Shown here: positions 1 to 8,270 of the stretch, piece by piece
Numbering within the stretch: position 1 is the stretch's first letter
Layout: every line of letters begins with the position of its first letter
From: Candidatus Saccharimonadales bacterium
Lineage (GTDB): Bacteria; Patescibacteriota; Saccharimonadia; Saccharimonadales; UBA7683
Length of the DNA: 64,000 bases
NCBI GenBank assembly: GCA_046350615.1
Contig: JAXMAA010000001.1
Coordinates: forward strand, 72,480 to 136,479
Direction: 5' to 3'
Made by a program: the position numbers and the translations under genes
The notes under the pieces: model-generated
Database searches by the model: none
The model's input: only the letters and a program-made list of their open reading frames with translations
Told to the model about the DNA's origin: nothing

Positions 1-1
1 G

Positions 2-430
2 TTGCTCACCACCGGAAAGCTCGCGCGGAAAGTTCTTTTCTTTACCAGTCAGGCCGACGAGTTCAATCACTCGTGGAACAGTGAGATTGATTTCTTTATT
101 GGTCATACCAACTATCTCAAGGGCAAATGCGATATTTTCAAACACCGTGCGGTTAGGAAGCAACTTAAAATCTTGATAGATTGTACCTATTTTACGACGC
201 AGCAACGGAACCTCTTTGTCTTTCAGCCGATCATAATCAATGCCGCCAACCACAATTTTGCCAGAGGTCGGCTTTTCTTCACGTGTTAGAAGTTTGAGTA
301 ATGTTGACTTACCCGCCCCAGAACTTCCCACTATCAAAACAAACTCTTTCGACGCAATATGAAGCGAGACCCTATCTAGTGCCAGGCCTTTTCTGCCATA
401 CCGTTTTGTAACCCTATCAAGCAATATCAT
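2..430 (-). CDS. ftsE: cell-division ABC transporter ATP-binding protein FtsE, N-terminal 143 aa (gene continues beyond the left edge)
   Basis: This ORF is absent from the supplied track because it has no stop in the window. My minus-strand translation from the ATG at 430-428 reads MILLDRVTKRYGRKGLALDRVSLHIASKEFVLIVGSSGAGKSTLLKLL...IGTIYQDFKLLPNRTVFENIAFALEIVG...RELSGGEQ. It carries a Walker A, a Q-loop and the ABC signature LSGGEQ at the window edge, and the overall pattern is FtsE-like. Confidence 0.8.
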   Translation of the reverse strand, partial: MILLDRVTKRYGRKGLALDRVSLHIASKEFVLIVGSSGAGKSTLLKLLTREEKPTSGKIVVGGIDYDRLKDKEVPLLRRKIGTIYQDFKLLPNRTVFENIAFALEIVGMTNKEINLTVPRVIELVGLTGKEKNFPRELSGGEQ

Positions 431-496
431 GCTTATGTATTGTACCAAAGATCAGACCAGGATCAAAAAGATCCCTGCTCCTGTTTTTTTACAACT

Positions 497-724
497 TTAC
501 GTAATGCGGACAACACAGCCAACAACGGCGCATTTCCCACACTGCTGCGCGCGCTCATTTGCTGCTCGTGCAAGAATAGATTGGTGCAAGCCCTCTCGCC
601 CACCACAGCGCATTGCATCGTCTTCCACAATTACAGGGATCAGCTGATCCATAGCCCAGCGGTTATACTCAGGCGCATCGTCGTTGCCTTCAAAGGCGTC
701 TCCAAGATTAACCACTTCCGCCAT
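497..724 (-). CDS. hypothetical small protein (75 aa) with a Cys cluster, starting 4 nt after the sigma-factor stop
   Basis: From the ORF track. It has an acidic N-terminus and a QQCGKCAVVGC tail. Its ATG at 724 sits next to the TAG of the upstream gene at 728-730. I recognise no family. Confidence 0.35.
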   Translation of the reverse strand: MAEVVNLGDAFEGNDDAPEYNRWAMDQLIPVIVEDDAMRCGGREGLHQSILARAANERAQQCGKCAVVGCVVRIT

Positions 725-727
725 TCG

Positions 728-2479
728 CTAGAGCCTATCCACAACATACCATTCTACTGATTCGAAGCCGCTCTCCGGACCAACATACTTAAGCGCCTCG
801 GCAAATAAATCGGTAATATCGGGCACTTCCACCTCACTCGAAGCATAACGTGTAATAAGCTCTTCTAGAAACGCCTCCTGATCTGGCGTGAAGACGTACG
901 TCTCTGGTTCTTGTGATACTGCTTGTGCAGAATCTACTGTGTGCTCCGCTTTTGGCTCTGAGGGTTCGATGTGTTTACGAGGCACAGCGTATTTGTTTTG
1001 TAGCGCTTTTTGTAGCGCTGGCGAATTTGCCTCTCGCTCTGCAAGAATAAGCGCATACACTGCATTCTGCTCTTCTCGTCTCTGTCTAATCCACCCAACC
1101 TCGTATGCCGGATCAGGTAGTGCCCGTAGTTTTTCGATGAATTCATCGAGATACTGCGCAACCGCCGGTATGCGAACGTCTGGCGTACCACCAATAAGCT
1201 GACGATGCTTTCTAATATCAATGCCAGGAGCACCATCTTGCTGCACTTCACGCAGCAGGTCACAAAGCTGCGATGAAGGATCATCAGCAAGTACAAGCTC
1301 TATAAGCGAGCCAATAGGAAGCAGCCCTACATTATGTACGCAACCCTTTATTTGTTCGAGATAATCACCAAATGCATGTTCACGAGCCTGGAGAAGTTGT
1401 AGCCGCGTTCGAACGTTCGCCTCCTCTTCTTTTTTAATTGAGGTCGTCTGTGAGATGCGCGGCGCTTGTTGATCGTTTTTTGGAGATTCTAGCGACGGGA
1501 GTAGCTCAAGCGGATCACCAGACAGATGTTGTCGTGGTAATACGATGAATCGCATCTTAGTGAGAGCTTTAGCTTCAATCTGCCGCACTCGCTGCCCTGT
1601 GATACCGTGGGTCGCCCCAACTTCCGCAAGTGTCTTCGGTATACCATCCGCAAGACCGAAGCGGAGCTCGAGTATCTCACGCTCTCTCGTACTCAGAGAT
1701 TCTAGCAAAATCTGCATTCCTTCCTGCAAAACCAGTTCGTGCAGAATCTCATCCATCATTTCGCCGTGGGTGTTGGTAACATATGTCTCTTCTATATCGC
1801 CATCTACTGCCATTCGCCTTGTAGGCCTTCCTTCAAGATCAAAATACTCATACCGGGTACCAAAACCACCATCGAGTGAACGAATATGCGCAAATGTGTG
1901 ACCCACCGCCAACATACCCACGGTATCAAGATCACGCTGATCCGCAATTTCAAAAGGAGACGCTGACGGATTCGCACGCCTTGCACGATGATATTTCTGG
2001 GCAACATTCTCGGGTATGTGCACGAGGTAACCGTGCTGGTGAATAATTCTCTGCATTCGTCCTTGAATTCGAGGATACGCATGCGTTGAAAGTCGCGTGC
2101 CTCGCTCGGGGTCGTACGTCCAAATGGCCTCGCTCATGGCTGCCCATGCCTCTTGCTCTAAATCGCTCTTTTCAGCATACTTCAGATACGCTACATATTT
2201 ATTGGCAAAATAATACGCAAGAGGTGCGTGCAACTCCACAAGCTGTTTATGTGCATCAACGGCTTCGCTTGTTGCGTGTTTTTTATATAGTGTAAGGCGC
2301 TCATAGATCAATTCGTTCGGTAAAATATCAGCTTTATCCAGCGTGCGGTATTCATGCATTGCCGCTTCTCTATCAACACCGCCATCAACTATAGCGAAGA
2401 GTCTTTTGGTTTTTGCATCACGATAGACGTCGCTCTCAGGCGGACTGTTTAGGGTATTTTGTTCTGGTGTTTTCTTCAT
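728..2479 (-). CDS. RNA polymerase sigma-70 family factor with a long uncharacterised C-terminal extension (583 aa)
   Basis: Region 2 is present (DLEQEAWAAMSEAIWTYDPERGTRLSTHAYPRIQGRMQRII, YLVHIPENV), as is the region 4 HTH (REREILELRFGLADGIPKTLAEVGATHGITGQRVRQIEAKALTKMR). About 255 further residues follow that carry no motif I recognise. Confidence 0.8.
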   Translation of the reverse strand: MKKTPEQNTLNSPPESDVYRDAKTKRLFAIVDGGVDREAAMHEYRTLDKADILPNELIYERLTLYKKHATSEAVDAHKQLVELHAPLAYYFANKYVAYLKYAEKSDLEQEAWAAMSEAIWTYDPERGTRLSTHAYPRIQGRMQRIIHQHGYLVHIPENVAQKYHRARRANPSASPFEIADQRDLDTVGMLAVGHTFAHIRSLDGGFGTRYEYFDLEGRPTRRMAVDGDIEETYVTNTHGEMMDEILHELVLQEGMQILLESLSTREREILELRFGLADGIPKTLAEVGATHGITGQRVRQIEAKALTKMRFIVLPRQHLSGDPLELLPSLESPKNDQQAPRISQTTSIKKEEEANVRTRLQLLQAREHAFGDYLEQIKGCVHNVGLLPIGSLIELVLADDPSSQLCDLLREVQQDGAPGIDIRKHRQLIGGTPDVRIPAVAQYLDEFIEKLRALPDPAYEVGWIRQRREEQNAVYALILAEREANSPALQKALQNKYAVPRKHIEPSEPKAEHTVDSAQAVSQEPETYVFTPDQEAFLEELITRYASSEVEVPDITDLFAEALKYVGPESGFESVEWYVVDRL

Positions 2480-2507
2480 GTGCTCTTATTATAGCACATA
2501 TGCGTAA

Positions 2508-3566
2508 TTAACGCAAGAACGGGTCGAGATCGCCATCGAGTATTTTTTGTGCATCTTTTACTTCGAACTTGCTGCGGGTATCTTTCACCAATGTGTACGG
2601 ATGCAGTACGTAGTTACGAATTTGGTTGCCCCATGCGGCCTCTTGGTTGGGGCCTTTGAGTTCCGATATTCTTTCGGCATGTTGCTCCATTTGCAGTTGC
2701 GCTAGTTTTGAACGCAGAATCTTCATGGCAACCTCTTTATTCTGTATTTGCGATTTCTCATTTTGAATTGAGACCACAATATTTGTGGGAATATGTGTAA
2801 TACGCACCGCCGAATCGGTTGTGTTCACGCTTTGGCCGCCGTGCCCAGACGAACGATAGGTGTCAATTCTTAAGTCTTTCTCGTCAATCTCAACTTCATC
2901 AGGTGTATCAATTTGCGGCAGAACCTCGACCATCGCAAAACTTGTTTGACGCAGATTATCTGCATTAAATGGGCTCAGTCTGACTAAACGATGTACGCCG
3001 TGTTCTCCCTGCAATTTACCGAAAGCATTGACACCGCTGATTGAAACTACCGCCGATTTTATCCCAGCTTCATCACCAGTCGATTCTTCCAAAAGCTCGG
3101 CTTTATAGCCCGCTTTCTCAGCCCATCTCAAATACATCCGCAGCAACATTGCTGCCCAGTCCATAGCATCCACTCCTCCGGCCCCAGCCTGTAATCTGAG
3201 TACCGCATCGTGACCATCATATGGACCGTTATATTTTAGCTCCTGCTGCAACTCCTTATATTTCTCAAAAACGTGCTTAGACTGCGCTTCGATATCACTT
3301 TTAAGTGATACGTCATCTAACTCCGCCAGCTCTCTGAGATCTGAGATCTGAGACCTGAGGTCTGCCCAAGGCTGAACCGCCGCAGAAAGTTTCGCTTGCT
3401 GCTTAGAAAAATCCTGCGCCTGCAAGTTATCTTTCCAAACATCCGGATCTTCCAATTGCTTCGTAAGAGACGAGAGCTTTTCTACTTTTTCTGCCAAGCC
3501 CGCCTCTTGCCAAGCCGCTTCAAACTCACTCTGTAAATTCGTGATCTGTTTTTTCAACTCCTGCAT
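2508..3566 (-). CDS. prfB: peptide chain release factor 2
   Basis: It has the GGQ motif (SGHGGQSVNTTDSAVRITHIPT) and the RF2-specific SPF tripeptide (RLSPFNADNLRQTSFA). The frame is continuous, with no internal frameshift site. Confidence 0.95.
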   Translation of the reverse strand: MQELKKQITNLQSEFEAAWQEAGLAEKVEKLSSLTKQLEDPDVWKDNLQAQDFSKQQAKLSAAVQPWADLRSQISDLRELAELDDVSLKSDIEAQSKHVFEKYKELQQELKYNGPYDGHDAVLRLQAGAGGVDAMDWAAMLLRMYLRWAEKAGYKAELLEESTGDEAGIKSAVVSISGVNAFGKLQGEHGVHRLVRLSPFNADNLRQTSFAMVEVLPQIDTPDEVEIDEKDLRIDTYRSSGHGGQSVNTTDSAVRITHIPTNIVVSIQNEKSQIQNKEVAMKILRSKLAQLQMEQHAERISELKGPNQEAAWGNQIRNYVLHPYTLVKDTRSKFEVKDAQKILDGDLDPFLR

Positions 3567-3583
3567 GCTGCTAGTATACAGCC

Positions 3584-4876
3584 TCAGCGAATAAGCTCAT
3601 ACGCCCAGGGTTGAGACCGACCAAGCTTTTGGTAATCAAACGAGCTTTCAGGAACCTCAAAAGATAGTTGATACTCAGAACTGCGTCTTTGTGCCATATG
3701 ATACGCCGTGCGAAGCTCCCCTGTTTCGCCAACACATTCAAATGGCTTCATAACACCGTCGATCCCCAGTAATCCCTTAAATGTTTCCGTAAGGCCTGGC
3801 TTTGCAAACAAATCCTGGCCGCCAAAGAGCATTCTAAGCTGCTCCGGTTCTATAAACGGCGCAAACAAAAGATAGCTATTGGCACATTTCGGGCAATCAC
3901 CACACCATTGAAGCTGGCTATTATCCGCGCCTTGCTGATAATTAGCTTGGTTACATGAGGAAAATGTGTGCCCAAATTGCTCCCAGGCATGCTTTGTGAA
4001 AAGCTCGGCAATTTTAAGTTCCGAAAAACCCCGTAGAGGCGAACCAATCTGCATATCCGCCGAAACATACCTCTGAACATATTCACTTAACAATTGCTCG
4101 GCCTGCCACGCTTTTGACCATTGGTGATTAACTGGCATCTGTCCAATATATTCATGCGGCTCCTCGCCCTCTTGGCCGATCGCTGCCAATACCATGTTCT
4201 GACCATGGAGAATGGCATCAATCAGCGCATACGCCTCTACTATGTACGTTACTGGAACATGTCCGTTGAGGCCGCCGTTTGCCTTTGCCTGCATAAGCGC
4301 ATCTCTATCAATGTTTCGCTGAATAGTACGAAGTGGTGTACCAAGTGTATCAAGAACCCGCGGGTGCGCCTGGCCAGAGGTAACATAGAGCGGTGTGAAA
4401 TCATGTTTCTTTTCACGAAGAAGTGTCGCCAGAAGTAGCGAATCTTTTCCGCCGCTTTGCAGAGCAACCGTACCAAGACCCTGATATGATGCCGCCGTGC
4501 GATGGACTCCTTCGCCTGCAAATACAGCTACATCCTCGAGTGCAAGATTGTTTTCAAACAAGAATTGGCTGAGACCTTCGGTGTATACTTTTTGCAAAAA
4601 CTGCGCCTGCCACAAATCTGGTTGGGCGTTCTTAAAAATCACTTTTTTGGTTGGGAAAGCTTTATAATACGATGCTCCCGCCACATAAAAAGCGAGTTTT
4701 AGTGCGCTTTCAAGCACTGCGCTACTTTGGCCAACTTGGCTTTGTTCGTCAAATACAGCGGTTTCAGAAAAATGTCTCTGGCCGTCAAAACTGTAATTAA
4801 ACCGGGCAGTATGTGTTGCCTCATCATAGCTGTATGATTCAAAAACAAACGCCACGTATCGCGATTGATAACTCAT
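3584..4876 (-). CDS. PP-loop (SGGKDS) ATP-pyrophosphatase-superfamily protein, translationally coupled to murD; candidate MurL-type UDP-MurNAc-L-Ala-L-Glu epimerase
   Basis: It carries the motif LQSGGKDSLLLATLL. Its start overlaps the murD stop (ATGA at 4873-4876). The C-terminal half is Cys-rich (SSCNQ...WCGDCPKCANSY). Confidence 0.5.
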   Translation of the reverse strand: MSYQSRYVAFVFESYSYDEATHTARFNYSFDGQRHFSETAVFDEQSQVGQSSAVLESALKLAFYVAGASYYKAFPTKKVIFKNAQPDLWQAQFLQKVYTEGLSQFLFENNLALEDVAVFAGEGVHRTAASYQGLGTVALQSGGKDSLLLATLLREKKHDFTPLYVTSGQAHPRVLDTLGTPLRTIQRNIDRDALMQAKANGGLNGHVPVTYIVEAYALIDAILHGQNMVLAAIGQEGEEPHEYIGQMPVNHQWSKAWQAEQLLSEYVQRYVSADMQIGSPLRGFSELKIAELFTKHAWEQFGHTFSSCNQANYQQGADNSQLQWCGDCPKCANSYLLFAPFIEPEQLRMLFGGQDLFAKPGLTETFKGLLGIDGVMKPFECVGETGELRTAYHMAQRRSSEYQLSFEVPESSFDYQKLGRSQPWAYELIR

Positions 4877-6159
4877 GCTAGCTCCCCCACCGCTGCCTTA
4901 AATTGTTCTCCGCGATCTTTAAAATCTTTAAACATATCAAAACTTGCACAACCTGGGCTGAGCAGCACAATATCTCCATCCGCACTTTCGCTAGCAGCTT
5001 TCTGAAGGATTTGAGGCATATCCATATCTGTTAAAATCTCGAACTTGTCAAACGTAGCTGTATCAAACGACCTGCCGATCGCCGCTGCCGTCTGACCAAT
5101 GAGTAACACTTTTTTGATATTTTGTTGTTCAGTAATGGCCGCTGTTAGCTCAGAATAATCAAGCCCCCTATCAAAACCTCCGCAAATGAGCACTATTGGC
5201 TGATCGAAAGAACGAATGGCCGCGACTGTTGCCCCTGGTGCGGAAGAAAAGCTATCGTTGTAATACGCCACACCTTTAATCTCATCAACGAACTCCAATC
5301 GATGCGGCAACCCCTTAAAGTTAGCGACTGCCGACCTAATGGCTCTTATATCCTGCGTGTAGCGCCACGCTGCAGTAACAGCCGCACAAACGTTTTCGAG
5401 GTTATGCGCGCCAATCAGACCGATATCTGAAGTACTGCAAACAACCTGGCCTTCAATGACAATATCCTGCCCGTTCACATAGGCTCCTTCGGGAGTGAAA
5501 AACTTTCTTTTCCCGGCAGCAGACCGCGTCGCAATCTCGGCGGCATACCGATTTGTCGGATGATAGATAAGTAAGTCTTCTGATTTTTGATGGGTGGTGA
5601 CATTCGCTTTAGCCGCTACATACTCATCCATCGAGGCGTGAACATCCATATGATCAGCCTCAATCATCAAAACCACCGCTATTTCGGGCGATTTCTCCAG
5701 ATCCCACAACTGAAAGCTCGAAAGTTCAAACACAACAATATCATCACCTTGAACCTGTTCAAGAATTTCAAGAGCCGGCAAACCAATATTGCCAACCAAG
5801 TGCACCGTTTTCCCGGCTGCTTTTAAAATTTCAGCAATGAGCGTTGATGCTGTACCTTTACCCTTTGTGCCTGTTACGCCAATAATCTGAGCCGGACATT
5901 TTGCAAAAAACTCATTCGTTGCCGACCAAACTTTACCATCAGTTTTAATTTTATCCGGCCGCAAACTCGCTGTCCGAATCACCATATCGTAGCCTTCTAG
6001 GCGCTCAAAAGCATCTGTACCAATAACACTATCTACCCCTCCAGGCAGTGGATGAGAAGGCATTTTTTCATCAAAAACAGTAACTTCGGCGCCTTTATCA
6101 AGCCAGTACTGGCAACTCGCCTCGCCCTCAACACCATAACCAGCAATCGCAACCTTCAT
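4873..6159 (-). CDS. murD: UDP-N-acetylmuramoyl-L-alanine--glutamate ligase (MurD family; D- versus L-Glu specificity undetermined)
   Basis: It has the Mur ligase P-loop IGVTGTKGKGTASTLIAEIL, an N-terminal Rossmann segment MKVAIAGYGVEG, and the overall MurD length and architecture. Confidence 0.85.
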   Translation of the reverse strand: MKVAIAGYGVEGEASCQYWLDKGAEVTVFDEKMPSHPLPGGVDSVIGTDAFERLEGYDMVIRTASLRPDKIKTDGKVWSATNEFFAKCPAQIIGVTGTKGKGTASTLIAEILKAAGKTVHLVGNIGLPALEILEQVQGDDIVVFELSSFQLWDLEKSPEIAVVLMIEADHMDVHASMDEYVAAKANVTTHQKSEDLLIYHPTNRYAAEIATRSAAGKRKFFTPEGAYVNGQDIVIEGQVVCSTSDIGLIGAHNLENVCAAVTAAWRYTQDIRAIRSAVANFKGLPHRLEFVDEIKGVAYYNDSFSSAPGATVAAIRSFDQPIVLICGGFDRGLDYSELTAAITEQQNIKKVLLIGQTAAAIGRSFDTATFDKFEILTDMDMPQILQKAASESADGDIVLLSPGCASFDMFKDFKDRGEQFKAAVGELA

Positions 6160-6199
6160 ACTTTAATTATATCCCACCTCAATCTCAATAAAAAATACC

Positions 6200-6219
6200 A
6201 AAAAGTGTCCAATTGGATA
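6200..6219. repeat. left copy of a 20-bp repeat, AAAAAGTGTCCAATTGGATA
   Basis: It is the exact reverse complement of 6757-6776. On the minus strand it reads as a hairpin followed by CUUUUUGG, 11 nt after the stop of the 6230-6736 gene. Confidence 0.7.
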
Positions 6220-6229
6220 GATTTTAGTA

Positions 6230-6736
6230 TTAATCAAAATGATGTGATCCGAATACGGGATGCGTAAGGCTGATCGCTACGAATCTGCCTATTTTTAATT
6301 CGGAAACAATATCAAGGAGCACATCTCGGTTATCGTGATCGCTCGCCCACACGCTTTTTTGTATTTGTTTAAAACGAAGCGCTTTGAGTTCTCTAACAAG
6401 CAATCTTCTTTGGTAATCATGTGATTGCGGGATGTCGAAAAGCACTAGTACATATCCACTTCTGAGTGGTGTGGCCTCAAGTTTTTTGAATCTCTCAATC
6501 AGTATCATCGCCTCATTCTCGAAATGAACTCGTGATCCGGTCAGCACCAATAAATTATCCTTTTTCGCTTTAACAAGTGCGTTCTTTAGGCTCGACTCAG
6601 CCTTGCCCGTTTTTTCAGCCAACTCTCTAAAAAACTGGCTAGGCTTAAAGGTTAGGTTAAGATTAGCATCGGAAAACGGAATCAAGGCTTCAATAACATA
6701 GCCAAGTGCACTCCCCTGTTTTATTCGCTTTGCCAT
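6230..6736 (-). CDS. PaaX-like / Cas2-fold domain protein (putative transcriptional regulator)
   Basis: The C-terminal half, YVLVLFDIPQSHDYQRRLLVRELKALRFKQIQKSVWAS, matches the Cas2/PaaX-type pattern (hhhhYDIp...R..h...L...Gf..hQ.SVW). The N-terminal part is winged-helix-like. Confidence 0.5.
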   Translation of the reverse strand: MAKRIKQGSALGYVIEALIPFSDANLNLTFKPSQFFRELAEKTGKAESSLKNALVKAKKDNLLVLTGSRVHFENEAMILIERFKKLEATPLRSGYVLVLFDIPQSHDYQRRLLVRELKALRFKQIQKSVWASDHDNRDVLLDIVSELKIGRFVAISLTHPVFGSHHFD

Positions 6737-6756
6737 ACCAAAAGCATACTATATTT

Positions 6757-6776
6757 TATCCAATTGGACACTTTTT
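6757..6776. repeat. right (inverted) copy of the 20-bp repeat, TATCCAATTGGACACTTTTT
   Basis: It is the reverse complement of 6200-6219 and lies 21 nt upstream of the 6230-6736 gene start. A third related copy is at 48081-48112. Confidence 0.7.
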
Positions 6777-6803
6777 AGTACAATTTTTGGAAAGATTACT
6801 GAT

Positions 6804-8084
6804 TTACCAAAGCTTGGAGAGTTCGGCATGGAGATCGTCTACCAAGAGTTGTCCGCAATTGCCGAGGACGCCAAAATCCCAGAGGGCCTCTTGATGAAAT
6901 GCTCGGGCAATTTTAGTAACACGAGTGGTTGTGACCCCTTTTATGCGCTCTGGAACGCGATCGTAATCCATGATTTCACCAGTTAGCCCATATTCGTAAC
7001 TGTAGCCATTTAAGATACTGTTGGCCGTCTGAGCTCCCATCTGGAAGCTGCCGAGTGCGTAATTTTTAGCAGTTTTAAGCAGTTCTGGGGTGATGCCTCC
7101 ATCGAGGACTGTTTTAAGATGTTTAATAATCACTTGGATCGCTTTTGTTGCGTTTTCCGGACTTACCTGAAAATCAAAATCCCACACGCTGTAGTCGTGC
7201 CCCCTACTTCCTGAAGACCAGATGTAATATGCCAGACCTTTCTCGCGAATATCTCCAAGAACAAGCGAGTTCATGGTGCCAGTAAGAATATTGTTAAGTG
7301 CATTTAGAGCATCGATTTCTGCCTCCGAAATCCTACGTGGCAACAGCATACTAAAACTAACGTAAAGCGATTCAACTGTTTTATTTTCTATATAAAGCGG
7401 TCTGCCTGGCTTTTGTAATACGGTTTCTGGCAGCTCAATACGCTCGCCCTCTGGCAACACAAGCTTTCGCTCGATAATATGTTGTATCTGTTCACGCCTT
7501 CCCTTCAGATTTCCTGCTATAGCAAAACGAATGTTTTCAAGACTGTGTGTTTTTTGATAGTGCTTTTTAACATCTTGCACTGTAATATCCGAAAGCTTGT
7601 TAAGACGCGCCCGATCACCTTTTACCAAAAATCCAACGCGCTCTGAAAGTGCGATTCCGAGCTGGCGAAAATAATTACTCAGGTAACCAGTTAGCTCCTC
7701 TTTTACATTACCGATCTCAGCCTGAAACTCCTCTTGTAAAAAATGTGGCTGCGAGATTGAAAGCATTAACAGATTTAAAATTCGATCCCATTCAAAATCA
7801 GCGCATTCCCCCACATACCCCACATTGTAGGTATTAGTGTAAGCATTAGTGTAAGCCCCATTCTTCTTCACCTCTGCTTCAAACAGCCGAGCCTTGCGGA
7901 ACTCAGAGTTCGCCCCGCAGAGCAGATGCTCCATAACGTGTGGCGCCTCCCACTTACCCGATTCAGCAAGATAGTAACCAGCCCGCAAATTAAAATCATA
8001 GCTCATCACCTGCGCCTGCGGCACGTCAATAAGCAGGCCTTTCACGCCGTTTTTTAGTGTAATTTCACGAACTTTATGTTGCAT
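6804..8084 (-). CDS. M16 (pitrilysin/insulinase) family zinc peptidase
   Basis: It has the inverted zinc motif HxxEH (APHVMEHLLCGAN) near the N-terminus, and its ~425-aa two-lobed length fits M16. Confidence 0.8.
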   Translation of the reverse strand: MQHKVREITLKNGVKGLLIDVPQAQVMSYDFNLRAGYYLAESGKWEAPHVMEHLLCGANSEFRKARLFEAEVKKNGAYTNAYTNTYNVGYVGECADFEWDRILNLLMLSISQPHFLQEEFQAEIGNVKEELTGYLSNYFRQLGIALSERVGFLVKGDRARLNKLSDITVQDVKKHYQKTHSLENIRFAIAGNLKGRREQIQHIIERKLVLPEGERIELPETVLQKPGRPLYIENKTVESLYVSFSMLLPRRISEAEIDALNALNNILTGTMNSLVLGDIREKGLAYYIWSSGSRGHDYSVWDFDFQVSPENATKAIQVIIKHLKTVLDGGITPELLKTAKNYALGSFQMGAQTANSILNGYSYEYGLTGEIMDYDRVPERIKGVTTTRVTKIARAFHQEALWDFGVLGNCGQLLVDDLHAELSKLW

Positions 8085-8270
8085 ATATTACCTATTGTAC
8101 CTGCAAACCCCGAAAGGTTCTATAAAATTAGAAATGTTCGGTTGGGTGACGTGCGAGCCTTGGCGCGGTTCCATCCTAATACCGCCTCAGTATCTTTACT
8201 TTCTTTCCATTCGTACCATCAATAGCTCAGGCTGCATCTTGAACCTTTCGGACAAATCGCCGTGTGTAAT

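Noticed and set aside
2-289. Track ORF on the plus strand at the left edge (95 aa).
   Set aside because: The opposite strand encodes an unmistakable FtsE N-terminus (Walker A, Q-loop, LSGGEQ) across the same bases, so the plus-strand ORF is an antisense artefact.
3334-3363. Short tandem heptamers (CTGAGAT-like x4 here; ACAAACT x3 at 48001-48021; CGAAGAT x3 at 53895-53922) considered as possible CRISPR or other arrays.
   Set aside because: The unit length is 7 bp with no spacers, there are only 3-4 units, and two of the three lie inside conserved coding sequence (prfB, prmC). These are simple microsatellite-like repeats, not CRISPR.
3480-3566. Looked for the canonical programmed +1 frameshift site (CTT TGA C near codon 26) in prfB.
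   Set aside because: The RF2 reading frame is continuous from the ATG at 3566 with no internal stop. The autoregulatory frameshift is simply absent, as in a minority of bacteria, so this is not an anomaly.
8085-8270. Tried to read this spacer as SRP (4.5S) RNA, because of a GCCAAGGC / GGAA resemblance, or as 6S RNA.
   Set aside because: The GGAA is not closed by the conserved helix-8 pairs, the two halves do not pair as a long hairpin, and the resemblance is limited to ~8 nt. It is kept only as a low-interest structured-spacer note.
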